From Candidatus Methanomethylicia archaeon (GTDB taxonomy: Archaea > Thermoproteota > Methanomethylicia > CALHIW01), in NCBI GenBank assembly GCA_038845975.1, contig JAWBQF010000008.1, forward strand, positions 29,673 through 93,672: a stretch of DNA of 64,000 bases, written 5' to 3'. This document shows positions 31,832 through 42,278 of this stretch, piece by piece (within the stretch, counting starts at the first letter, position 1; each line of letters opens with the position of its first letter). The translations under genes were made by a program, and so were the position numbers. The notes under the pieces were generated by a model that made no database searches, was not told the origin of the DNA, and saw nothing but the letters and a program-made list of their open reading frames with translations.

Positions 31832-32038
31832 ATGCCACCAAGAGGCTATAAGGCTATCGGTGTAACGCTTAGAGAAGAAGAGTATACTCTTCTTAATAGT
31901 AAGTTAAAAGCTTATGGTTTTGAAAACTTATCCGATATGGTTAAAGCCATAATTAGAGGTGATGTTAAAATTACAGCAGAAAAAAATGTGAAAACTTCAG
32001 GATTCTACTCAAAACTAAGAAAACTCTGGACATCATAG
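31832..32038 (+). CDS. Small ribbon-helix-helix/CopG-like protein
   Basis: MPPRGYKAIGVTLREEEY...NLSDMVKAII strand-helix-helix pattern; TATA-like TTTTTAAA upstream. Confidence 0.45.
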   Translation: MPPRGYKAIGVTLREEEYTLLNSKLKAYGFENLSDMVKAIIRGDVKITAEKNVKTSGFYSKLRKLWTS

Positions 32039-32363
32039 TAAGCATATAGCTTAAGTCTAATAATACACGATTGATACCACTTACTAGTAAGATGATTTAA
32101 AGCTACTTACTAGTAAATAGCTAATATACATAATCTTACTATAAAAGATTTAAAATAACTTTAGGAACTAATATTGAGTCTTCATAATGTAAAGTAGAAA
32201 TAGAATTGAAATGTTTTCATTTGAATGGTGGAGATTGAATACTAGTGACTGGATATAGCATACAGGACTTAGAATATTATTAATTTAGAGAGTCAATAAT
32301 TCTCATTAATAACGGAATAAATCATTATTAGTAAAACCAATTTTAAAACTTCTTACTAGTAAT

Positions 32364-33170
32364 TTAACATTGTTTTATTGAGATTTGAAATGTACAGAAG
32401 CTATTACCTAATGCAATACATGAAGTTTCAGTTATCCTTATATTCTTCTTGAGAAAGCTAAATAGAAATCCTTCTAGAAAACCTTTAAAGTACCGGCTTG
32501 CAGAACCTTGAACTTTTCCTTCTAAAACTTCACATTCCCATAATCTATCAGTCTGTACTACAATATTATCTTCATAAAGTCTTACATTAACTATTCGTGC
32601 CCATCCGAAACCTATTAGGAAAGCATTTAAAAGTTCTAGGGCTTCCTCTAACTTAATGTTTTTATCACCAATATATACTTTATGGAAAGCCTTACCAGTA
32701 TTGTACCCAGTATAGTATAGTAGAGATTCTGTAAATCCTTCTCCAAAATGTTCCTTAAATAAGCTAAGTAGAACCTTAATAGTATTTTGATCGATCATTA
32801 TACTTCTTACATCTCCTTGATATATTGGGAAGAGATTTCTGCTATAAATAATACTACCTTCAATAGGCTTCACAATCCTAACTTCAAACACCACTTCAAG
32901 CTCCTCAATTTTAGACTTTATATCCTCTGGTGATAATAGAGAATTTGAGAAGTCTCCAACAATAAATCCGTGAACCCGCTCCTTCTCCGAGATTGTTGAT
33001 GGAAGTGTTACTGAAAGTATGTTGATATTATACTTAGAAAAAACATTTGAAATCGAAGCTAAAACACCTGGTTTAGAGGGTATTACTATATCAAATGCAA
33101 CAATATTTTTCCCACCTGTAAACATGATGTTTCCAAGTGTTAATATGGAAAATACTTCCTCCCGCATCAT
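32364..33170 (-). CDS. ACT + V4R domain protein (putative small-molecule sensor)
   Basis: N-terminal KPGVLASIS...INILS (ACT); C-terminal GFGWA, WECE, ETSCIALGNSFCTF (V4R). Confidence 0.85.
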   Translation of the reverse strand: MMREEVFSILTLGNIMFTGGKNIVAFDIVIPSKPGVLASISNVFSKYNINILSVTLPSTISEKERVHGFIVGDFSNSLLSPEDIKSKIEELEVVFEVRIVKPIEGSIIYSRNLFPIYQGDVRSIMIDQNTIKVLLSLFKEHFGEGFTESLLYYTGYNTGKAFHKVYIGDKNIKLEEALELLNAFLIGFGWARIVNVRLYEDNIVVQTDRLWECEVLEGKVQGSASRYFKGFLEGFLFSFLKKNIRITETSCIALGNSFCTFQISIKQC

Positions 33171-33579
33171 AACTTACACACCTACTAATATAAAAACATT
33201 CACTAAAATTTAAAGATATAGCACCAGCATAACATGTTTAACCCTAAATATTCTACTTACTGTCTAGTACCCATAAACTAACACTAAATTTTAATTAGCC
33301 ATGGATGTACTGAGTCTAAAACATTACTAAAACTAATATTAACTATGATGCAAGTATTAGGCTTTGAAATGTAATTCAATTATAAAATAATGAAGATATT
33401 ATTATATGTCTAACCCTTATAATAAGGGATACTGTATTAAAGACCATTATAGATACTAATACTGAATATTAGAGATGAATAAATGAACAGCTATGAAGCC
33501 TATAACAGCATATGCTAGCTTCATGACACAGCAGCGTTAAGTATTTATAATACTAGTTAATAGCTTGCTTGGTGTTGGT

Positions 33580-33801
33580 ATGACTGATATAAGAACATGG
33601 AAGAGTGAAAGTTTAGGTATAACTATTGAAATAGACTATGATAAATGTACTGGTGAAGGAGAATGTGTTAATGTATGTCCTACAGGTGTTTATGAAATTG
33701 TTAATGGTAAATCTACAGCTCCAAATATTGATCAATGTATTCAATGTTGTGCATGCGTTGCAGCATGTCCACAAGCCGCAATAAAACACTCAACATGCTA
33801 A
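33580..33801 (+). CDS. Dicluster ferredoxin
   Basis: CTGEGECVNVCP and CIQCCACVAACP motifs. Confidence 0.9.
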   Translation: MTDIRTWKSESLGITIEIDYDKCTGEGECVNVCPTGVYEIVNGKSTAPNIDQCIQCCACVAACPQAAIKHSTC

Positions 33802-34084
33802 CCCTTTTTCCCTTATTATACTAAGCAATATTAAGACGCTGCTTTACTATCATACTGCTTACATATTTGCTTCAAATCTATTAGGGATTATTTGATATTT
33901 ATCACCATAAAAATAGGAAATGCTTGATTACCGGATCTTCTACATTCTATCTTTCTAGAAAGTTTACTTAAAACTTAAGGAATAAATGAGAGCACACATT
34001 GTAAACGTAGCCTTATCATTTACACTCCATTCTTACAGCAATAACATCTTTATTGAATAAAATTTAAGTTTCCCTCCTTGATAA

Positions 34085-34794
34085 TGATGCTGTTACGTTT
34101 AGATTTTTGAGGAGACTTTGGGAAGCAATTTTTAGAGGTGATGTTCATAGATAGGTTTCTTAAAGCCCTAAAGAATAAAGGGACTTTTGGGCGTAATAGA
34201 GTTGTGCTTAGAAGGAGGATGAGTACATGTCTTCTCTACATGGTTAAGCTATAGGGATACTGCATATGTCTATGAATCGTTAACGTAAGCTATGTATCCG
34301 TGTGACGTTGGGTTCAGAGATTTGAAGACTTAAGAATTGATGTGAATCCGAAGCATCAAGGAACAATAGATGAGACGAAGCTAAAGGACGTTATTTCTAC
34401 ATATAAGCATAGACGTTAAAACAAAGAAACTTATAGCTATAAGGATTTCATGGTAGAGAAGTATTCTGGATACAGTTCTCTTTTAAGATAAATTTTGAAG
34501 ACATGTATTAATAAGCCTCTAATCCTAGTCGATAGAGGAGCATGGTATCTAGAAGCTCTTAAAACCATGAGCTAAGATGGAGACATTAGACCTTCAGGCT
34601 AAGGAATACCGTAGAGAGATAGTTTCAAATCCTTAAGGATAGAGCGGGACACTTCTACAACAGACAAGGAGGAAGCTAATCAAGATTAACCTACTACTCA
34701 AACTCTTCATACTATGGTATAACTGGATAAGATCACATCAAACCCTAAGAAAACAGCCAGCAATAACATAAACACCTAAAAGTAACAGTATCAT
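34085..34794 (+). mobile_element. Second, distinct defective IS6-family element
   Basis: TIRs TGATGCTGTTAC / GTAACAGTATCA; TTGATAA direct repeats at 34078-34084 and 34795-34801; broken transposase IDETKLK...LVDRGAWY...RNTVER*FQILKDR. Confidence 0.8.
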
Positions 34795-34931
34795 TGATAA
34801 CTGATAAATATGTCAACATTTAAATATTAAGATAAATAGCTCTTCTGAAGCTACGGGATATTTCACTAGAACATAAATATAGCAAGAATTAATGTAAGGA
34901 CATACTAATAACTGGAAAAGTATTTATATTT

Positions 34932-35588
34932 GTGTATAATAGGTATTTGATATCCTTGCTTGAGCTATACATAATGTTTGGTTTAGCTATTGCTTCCTTA
35001 GTAGTTTATGTCATTGGCTCCATTAAGAATAGGAGAATTATTGTGAACTACTCGAAAACTGTTAAAGAAGAGGCATCTCTCTACTGTACTTTTACTGGAT
35101 TTAGAATTTTTAGTAGAGGCTTTGAGGCATTATGTCAACTTAGAGATAACAGAGTCTTCAGTAGAGTAAATATTAGATTTTTACCAGCAAGGAGGGAGAA
35201 TTTTATGTATTATTTACTGAAATTCCTAGTTAAAGATTATGATAAAATAATTTTTTGGGGTCTTCTCAATGATGAGGCCCCAATTACATTAAACATAGTG
35301 AATAATAATAATGTGAAAATGATAGAAAAACTTAAGAATAGTAGCTTAAGGAAGATAGAATTGGGCAATACTGGATTCACAGCATTTACTGACAGTATAG
35401 AGAAAGCTGAAAAAATTACTGGAAAAATATATAGCTACTTATTTCAGGTTAAGGACAACACTACCCTAATAACTATAAATAGAATGGATGACTGGATTAG
35501 AGTAGTAGGTGTTATGAGGGAAAACTCAGTTAAAGACACATTGAATTTACTAGTTAGGCTTGGAGAAGTAATGAAGACTCTAAAATAA
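34932..35588 (+). CDS. Hypothetical N-terminally membrane-anchored protein
   Basis: 218-aa ORF with one TM helix followed by G..KNRR and an RREN motif. Confidence 0.7.
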   Translation: MYNRYLISLLELYIMFGLAIASLVVYVIGSIKNRRIIVNYSKTVKEEASLYCTFTGFRIFSRGFEALCQLRDNRVFSRVNIRFLPARRENFMYYLLKFLVKDYDKIIFWGLLNDEAPITLNIVNNNNVKMIEKLKNSSLRKIELGNTGFTAFTDSIEKAEKITGKIYSYLFQVKDNTTLITINRMDDWIRVVGVMRENSVKDTLNLLVRLGEVMKTLK

Positions 35589-36629
35589 AATTCAGTTTAA
35601 AACATTATGCTTAATAATCCTAAACCACATCATCAACATGGACTGCTCTTAAATTAATATTTCTAAAATTATCTTAAATATAGCACCATGGAAATCTTAG
35701 ATCAAACTACATTTATAGTACTATAGTTCTTAACCACTATATTGTTTACTATTATCTTCATTCTTTTTGATGATTTGTTACTATAATTTATACATTACCC
35801 CTCAATATAAGAGGGGAAAATCTGGTTACTGTCTCTAAAATCTTACTAAAATAGCAAGTATAAATGCTCTTTACATACTTTTATAACTCAAACAACACTC
35901 CCTAAACTGGAGGCTACATAGTTAGTATGAATGTTATTGTATTTGCTAAATGTTTATTATGTTCTTACATTATGATGTTTGCTCGACACCTTACTTCCTT
36001 TTATCTTCTTATAGTTAGCTCTTTTATTCCCTGCCAACTTTAAACTTAGCTTTAGAATTCCTTTAACACTATAGTTCCAAGTATTTTTTATTGCTTAACT
36101 GTCTGTAAAGGCTAAGATTTTAGATAGAATTACTCAAAATGAAGTAGCAACTTATACTAACTAGTCTTGCAGTTTATGATGGATTTTTAAGCTTTCGCTC
36201 TTACTTCTTTAGTGGATAATTGTTGCTGTTAGTTAACTACATGTTGATCAAATCCTCTACATATATTCTTACACTAATAAAACCTTAATTAGTTGCTTCA
36301 TATATTTCATTTGACTTAATCTTTCCATCACTAAAAGCTAAATTAGGCTTATCTCTCTAGCCATAAACAAAATAGAGGAAAGAAACGAGTAAGTTATTAC
36401 TTGCCAGGAAGATGAAGACAGAATATTACGTAGAGCTACTTTAAAATTAAGGCAATTCAATGCGTTACATTTGAGCTCTTACATTGCCAATTTTAGAAGC
36501 TATTAAGAAACAATATCTAAATTTTGCAGATCTATCTTAATCTTAGATATTTTACAGTGTTTAAAGCATTTCTCCATAGGGCTATCAACACTTAGAACTA
36601 AGGCTCAGCTTCTTACTCTCATAACACTG

Positions 36630-37640
36630 TTAAATTTTTAGTCCTCCAGCTAATGCCCTAGCTACTTTTTCTATCATTTCAATTCCTATAACCTCACTCT
36701 CGTAGAGAGGTATATAGGCTCTTACAAGTCCAGGAAACTTTTTATGTATGGTTTCTAGATATCCTTCTTGTTCTTTAAGCTTGTTTAACACATATGATGA
36801 GGGGTTTTCGATAGCACATATCTCTTTAGGAATAAGGCCGTTTACAATTACTCCGCCTATAGGAATATTAAATGCTTGAACCCATGTAATAAATCTCTCA
36901 ATAACAGCTATAGGTAATGCTAGTGGTAATGTAACGAAGAAGAACGCTGTTTTTTCAGCATCTGTTAATACTTTCTTAGCCTCCTCAGTACGTCTCCTAG
37001 TTTCAAGAGCACTCTGTAGTATTGGATCCTTTTTTATTTCTTCAGCTATTTTCTCCTTCCTAAAAGCTAGTTTAAGTCTTGTAGATAAAGCCTCCTCTCT
37101 GCTTTTAATTAGTCTTGCAAGCCATAAATCATAAACCTTAGACATTCCGAGAAGCCTATACGTATGTGCTACCGGGGCAGTGTCAAATACGTAAGCATCA
37201 AATTCCCCTTTAAGAATGAGGTCGATCATATCGTCAAACATAGCCGCCTCCTCAAAAGCAGGATTTGTTGTAGCTATATCTATGAAGGGTTCAGGATTAA
37301 CAGGTATATCTGCATGTTTTACAAATGTTAATATTTTATCTCTAACTTCAACCTTATATTTCTCAATTGTTTTGGATATGTCAAGTTCAATAGCGTATAA
37401 ATTATTAGCTATTTTCTGAATTCCCTTACCCCATAAATCCATTTTAAAGGTGCTTGATAAACTATGAACTGGATTTGTTGAGGAAATTACTGTTTTCCTA
37501 CCTAAATGCTCAGCCAAATAGTATGCTGCTCCTGCAGCAACTACTGTTTTTCCAACTCCTCCCTTACCGCCGAAGAAGAGATATTTAAGTCCAGGTTTAG
37601 AATTAATAAATTCAGTAAAGTTCAAGCTATACACCTCCAA
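36630..37640 (-). CDS. ArsA/Get3 (TRC40)-family ATPase, paralog 2 (switch I Asp->Asn)
   Basis: GGKGGVGKT, STNPVHSLS, FDTAPVAH. The true start is probably TTG near 37625 after GGAGGTG. Confidence 0.9.
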   Translation of the reverse strand: MEVYSLNFTEFINSKPGLKYLFFGGKGGVGKTVVAAGAAYYLAEHLGRKTVISSTNPVHSLSSTFKMDLWGKGIQKIANNLYAIELDISKTIEKYKVEVRDKILTFVKHADIPVNPEPFIDIATTNPAFEEAAMFDDMIDLILKGEFDAYVFDTAPVAHTYRLLGMSKVYDLWLARLIKSREEALSTRLKLAFRKEKIAEEIKKDPILQSALETRRRTEEAKKVLTDAEKTAFFFVTLPLALPIAVIERFITWVQAFNIPIGGVIVNGLIPKEICAIENPSSYVLNKLKEQEGYLETIHKKFPGLVRAYIPLYESEVIGIEMIEKVARALAGGLKI

Positions 37641-38604
37641 AAAGATATTGAGCTATCTTAGCTATCATTTCTAATCCTTTAGGCTCCCTATCAAGCATGG
37701 GTACAGTTCCAAGAACTAAACTTCCAAATTTCTGTTTTATTGTCTCCATGTGTTTCTGCTGCATTAATATTCTGTTCTTAAGGTATTCTGGAACACAAGG
37801 ATCGTTAAGCAATTCAATAGGATATACTTGATTGACAATAATACCGCTTAATGGTATTTTAAACTCCTGAAACATTTTTAAAGCCTTCTCAGTATCTAGA
37901 ATAGCCATAGCTTCAGGTATTAGGACATAGAAGAAAGCTGTACGTTTCCTATCCCTCATAACCTCTCCAACAAAGTCAAGTCTGGACCTAATAAAGTCAA
38001 GCTCCTTTAATATAGCGTCTTCCTGAGCTAGACCACCCTTACCGCCAAGAACAGCAGCTATTTCCCCATACTCACTAGCTTTCTTTCTAGCTTCAACAAC
38101 CTTATCAATCCAAGCATCGAGAAGTTGACTCATACCTAGAAACCTTATAGCATGCCCATGAGGCATCATATCAAATATGTAGTAGTCATATCTACCACTA
38201 GTCATAAGCTCCACCATAGCATCAAAAGTAGCTGACTCAGCCATAGCCGGCTCAGCAGATGCTGACTTAATGTATTCATCGATTTCTGAAGGTACCTCCC
38301 CATACATTTCAATGATTTTCTTCCTTATTTCTTCCTGATACTCTGCAATACGTTTATCAGCATCTATTTCAAGAGCGTAAAGATTTCTGGCTATTTCTAC
38401 TTCCCCCTTACCGAAAATGTTTCTCTCAAAAATATCAGTAAGACTTGCTTGGGGATCAGTTGAGAAAACAATGACTTTCTTTCCTCTACTTGCTAGCCAA
38501 TATGATGTAGCTGATGAAAGAGTTGTTTTACCAAGACCACCCTTACCGCCGAAAATAATGTATTTAATATCGGGATTTGCTTCAAAATACTCCTTAATAT
38601 TCAT
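37627..38604 (-). CDS. ArsA/Get3 (TRC40)-family ATPase, paralog 1
   Basis: GGKGGLGKTT, STDPQASL, ALEID, FDMMPHGH, IIVNQV. Confidence 0.9.
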   Translation of the reverse strand: MNIKEYFEANPDIKYIIFGGKGGLGKTTLSSATSYWLASRGKKVIVFSTDPQASLTDIFERNIFGKGEVEIARNLYALEIDADKRIAEYQEEIRKKIIEMYGEVPSEIDEYIKSASAEPAMAESATFDAMVELMTSGRYDYYIFDMMPHGHAIRFLGMSQLLDAWIDKVVEARKKASEYGEIAAVLGGKGGLAQEDAILKELDFIRSRLDFVGEVMRDRKRTAFFYVLIPEAMAILDTEKALKMFQEFKIPLSGIIVNQVYPIELLNDPCVPEYLKNRILMQQKHMETIKQKFGSLVLGTVPMLDREPKGLEMIAKIAQYLFGGV

Positions 38605-38612
38605 GGAAACAC

Positions 38613-38912
38613 CTACATCAACATATCAGTTACATCTCTCTCCCTTAAGAGAGTTCTCTTCCAAGTCTTTACATGTGGAACAGCATATGGAAGAAGCCTA
38701 AGAGTATAGTATGGTGGAAGAATTGGGATACCAAGCATATCCCCCATTGTTATAAGCATAAATAGATTCTCTAAATGCATTCTAGTTTTTAATGCGTATG
38801 TAACCATTCCGTGAGCAGCCATACCGTAGACAAGACCCTTAACAGCCTTAGTAACTTCGCTTTCCTCTTTATCCTTATTATTTTTTCTTTTAATCAACGG
38901 CATAATAATCAT
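38613..38912 (-). CDS. Small conserved protein of cstA-arsA loci
   Basis: LENLFML..GDMLGIP.LPPYYTLRLLPY...W...LLRERD; 8 bp upstream of the arsA paralog 1 start. Confidence 0.7.
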   Translation of the reverse strand: MIIMPLIKRKNNKDKEESEVTKAVKGLVYGMAAHGMVTYALKTRMHLENLFMLITMGDMLGIPILPPYYTLRLLPYAVPHVKTWKRTLLRERDVTDMLM

Positions 38913-39770
38913 AAAACTTAATACACAAAATATTTAAATTTTACTGATGAATAGTTGTGACCTGTTAACTTTAGGTTACTGTATCATTTATTACCCTCTT
39001 AGAGAGATTATTTCATTCACTTTCAAAATTTTCTATTATGGTTTTGAGTATTAGTGATGTGCAATCTTAGGATACGGTATACTATTAGTATATATTGTTG
39101 AGTTATTCTTAACTCTTCTATCTATTATCTTGAGAATTTAACACTACTTGATGGAACATAATCCTCCTACTAAAGTATGAATATAACTAATAACTTCAAC
39201 TAACATGATAAGTAAGCCATATATTCATGAATTATGTAAACCATTCATAATGAATTAAAGAAAATATCAAATAACTGGCTTAATGTAACTTCATAATTAT
39301 GCTTCCTAAAGCTCTTTGCTACTACTCTACCTAGATGCCTAATATTATACTATTGTTTCTATCCTTCAATCAATATTAACATATAGTTCATCAACTCAAC
39401 AACACCATTAAACTCAACATAATTAAACCTACATCTAATCCTTAACATAAGCCTTCTCAAAACCCTAAAGATAATTATAGAGCATTTATCAAAAACCAGT
39501 TAACATAAATGAATTATGTAAACCTAGAACAGTGAAATATTGTACCAGTTTTATCATTAAAAAAGCTTTGTGGTTTAATATTCATTTCTCGTAATCTATA
39601 TCATTAAATACTATGGTTATAGGAATGCTTATTAAGCTTTTTCGTACTTTATATAAACTTGAATCTGCAAAATTTTGGAATTAAGCCACAAAGCATTAAA
39701 AAATATTCTAAAGTTGACAAGAAACAGCTTCAGAGCAAATAAATTTAAAAGCTTACGGATAACACATATT

Positions 39771-40019
39771 ATGCGTAAGTTTAGAAATATTATTAGGGAT
39801 ATTTTTATTGGTGCTGCAACTTATGATACTATTCACAGTCTTCAAAGAAAACGTTTTCAAAGTGAATGCCTCTTAATGCTCTCTATCATGGGCGATAGAT
39901 TAGGATTAAATACTTCATGCTACTATAAATTGATATTTATCCCATATTGGATGAAGAGATTTAAACAATTTGAAGAGGAGCTACTACGTGAAAAGGATTT
40001 CTTCGAAAAAATATCTTAA
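39771..40019 (+). CDS. Paralog of the 38613..38912 small protein
   Basis: ECLLML..GDRLG....YYKL.FIPYW...LLREKD aligns by eye with 38613..38912. ATG 39771 is preferred over 39675. Confidence 0.65.
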   Translation: MRKFRNIIRDIFIGAATYDTIHSLQRKRFQSECLLMLSIMGDRLGLNTSCYYKLIFIPYWMKRFKQFEEELLREKDFFEKIS

Positions 40020-40559
40020 ACCGTAATTATTATTGAGTCTATCTGAAAACTTCATAATTAATTATATGGTTAACTTACCTACTAAGTCTTAACAACGTTC
40101 AAGGGTTTTCAGATGAATTCATCGTATATGTTTGCTAAGTTCATAAAGCTTAAGAATACTAAAGTAGTTATTATAAAGTTAAGTATATTAAAACAGTCAT
40201 TTCAACTGATGTAGTATCACTATAAGGCTTCATGTAAGATTCTAACTTAAAATAGTATATAATTTAATTAAGAATCAGCGTAGAGTAAGCTAGGAATAGA
40301 TAAGCTATTCAATGATTATATATCATGCATAAAGAAAATATTGAAATGGCTCAAAATCAATAGCATTAATACTAAACAAGCATGAATAACAAGAGTATTA
40401 AGTAAATTCATAGAAGGTAGTACCAATAATAAAGGGTATAACATGCTTAGTTTCAATGGTTCTAGATTAATTTTCTAACTTTTACTAGAGTTATACGCAT
40501 AAGGCGTTTAAATGGCTTAGAATTTAAGATTAAATAAATATAAAAAAATAAGTTATGAT

Positions 40560-42221
40560 TTATGCTGCTTTTTTCAATCTTGAATATGCCTTCACAGAGT
40601 CATATATGAATATTATTCCAAGGATTAGTAGAAATACTCCTACAATAGTTGCTAATAGGTTCCCAACAATAGCCAATCCTGTAGCTTTCATAGCTGTTAT
40701 GTACGTTGTATATGACATTATTGCTAGAGCGCTTAGGCATATTGCCAGCATGAATATTGCAGGTATTGATGTAAAGTATGCTGGCTTCTTTATTCTTACA
40801 AGGTATAGTGTTGCGATTACAAGGTTCATGCCTGCTAATAGTTGGTTAGCTCCTCCGAAAAGCGTCCAGACATATAGTAGTACTCCTCCAAATCTTGAGC
40901 TTCCAAGCAAATAAGCTAATATACATGGAATTATTGATGCAAAATAAATGTTCTTAAATGCCGGTATTCTAGCTCCAAAAAGCTCTGCTAGTCCTAGCCT
41001 CATAATTCTAAGATTTAGATGGAGAACTGTAAGTACAAGTACAGCTATTACTGCTGCTACAAATGGAAGTATACCTTGAACTGAGAATCCAAGATAACCT
41101 AGTGACTTAGCCCACCCAAGAGCAACCATATCTGGAGCTGTTAGCCCCTTAACCTCTGCTGGTAGTAAAGGAGCAACAGCTCCAATAGTTGTTAGTGAAA
41201 GTATTCCTTCCATAAGCATCGCTCCCCCACCAACAAATAATGCATCAGCCTCATTATCTAGCTGCTTTGAAGATATTGAAGAGCCTACAAGTGAATGCCA
41301 TCCAGATATAGCTCCACAAGCAACAGTTACAAATAGAAGGGGTACTAAGGGATCCATTCCTGTGGGAATAAATGATACAAAGGCTGGCTGATTAAAATCT
41401 GGATGACCTACAAAAACTCCAAGCATTACTGCGATTAATGTACCGTATACGAGGTAGAAGCACATATAGTTTACAGGCTGTACGAAAAGCCATATTGGGG
41501 TTACAGATCCAATAAAGCAGAAAAGTAAAACCCAGAAGTACCAGAAGTCCTCGAATAGATATGGATCCTTAGCCATCCATTCAGGAAGAGTTACAGGCAT
41601 ATGTAATCCAATATAGGATACTATAATCATCAATATTATAGCTGCTAACGTCGTATACACTACATTAATTTTAAGCTTAAACGTAGATACTCCTGCGATT
41701 ACAGCTATAATTGTTACTAGTAGGAATATTATTGGTGCTGTTGAATATTTTCCAAGATAGCTTTTAGCAACAATCATACCGTATGATGATGTGGAAAGCA
41801 ATAGATAAAACGTTATGAAGGAGAGTAGAAGGAGTCTAGCTCTAGGACCTATGAGCTGGTATGATAATGGTCCAAATGATGCGCCTTCATTCTTAACTGA
41901 AACCATAACTCCAGAGTAGTCATGAATCCATCCTATAAAGAGGTTCCCAAGCAACACCCATATTAATGCTGGTAACCAACCCCACTTAAAAGCTATTATA
42001 GGCCCAGTTATAGGACCAGCAGCTGCTATGCTTTTCCATTGAAAACCAAGTAGAACGTATTTGCTTGTTGGGAAGAATTCAACGCCATCCATATATACGT
42101 GGGCTGGTGTTGTTTTTTTAGGATTTGACTCCATTATTTTACGATCAAACCATTTACCATAGACAAAATAGGCGATAGCATACACTATAAGTCCAAGAAT
42201 AACCACTATTACAGACATCAT
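40560..42221 (-). CDS. cstA: Carbon starvation protein A (CstA) family permease
   Basis: TPAH..MDGVEFFPT, SIAAAGPITGP, GWIHDY, VACGAISGWHSLV, GAMLMEG, LFGGANQLLA. Confidence 0.92.
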   Translation of the reverse strand: MMSVIVVILGLIVYAIAYFVYGKWFDRKIMESNPKKTTPAHVYMDGVEFFPTSKYVLLGFQWKSIAAAGPITGPIIAFKWGWLPALIWVLLGNLFIGWIHDYSGVMVSVKNEGASFGPLSYQLIGPRARLLLLSFITFYLLLSTSSYGMIVAKSYLGKYSTAPIIFLLVTIIAVIAGVSTFKLKINVVYTTLAAIILMIIVSYIGLHMPVTLPEWMAKDPYLFEDFWYFWVLLFCFIGSVTPIWLFVQPVNYMCFYLVYGTLIAVMLGVFVGHPDFNQPAFVSFIPTGMDPLVPLLFVTVACGAISGWHSLVGSSISSKQLDNEADALFVGGGAMLMEGILSLTTIGAVAPLLPAEVKGLTAPDMVALGWAKSLGYLGFSVQGILPFVAAVIAVLVLTVLHLNLRIMRLGLAELFGARIPAFKNIYFASIIPCILAYLLGSSRFGGVLLYVWTLFGGANQLLAGMNLVIATLYLVRIKKPAYFTSIPAIFMLAICLSALAIMSYTTYITAMKATGLAIVGNLLATIVGVFLLILGIIFIYDSVKAYSRLKKAA

Positions 42222-42278
42222 AATTTACTCCCTAGTGTATTTTTGAAGCAAATATATAAGCTTTACTTTCAAAATAAA

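Noticed and set aside
35600-36600. Hidden gene or RNA in the 1-kb spacer downstream of the arsA pair
   Set aside because: Only short broken frames and AT-rich debris; nothing I can support.
17803-38604. ArsAB arsenic-resistance system made of the ArsB/NhaD transporter and the ArsA ATPases
   Set aside because: The genes are over 17 kb apart, the ATPases lack metalloid-binding cysteines, and there is no arsR/C/D.
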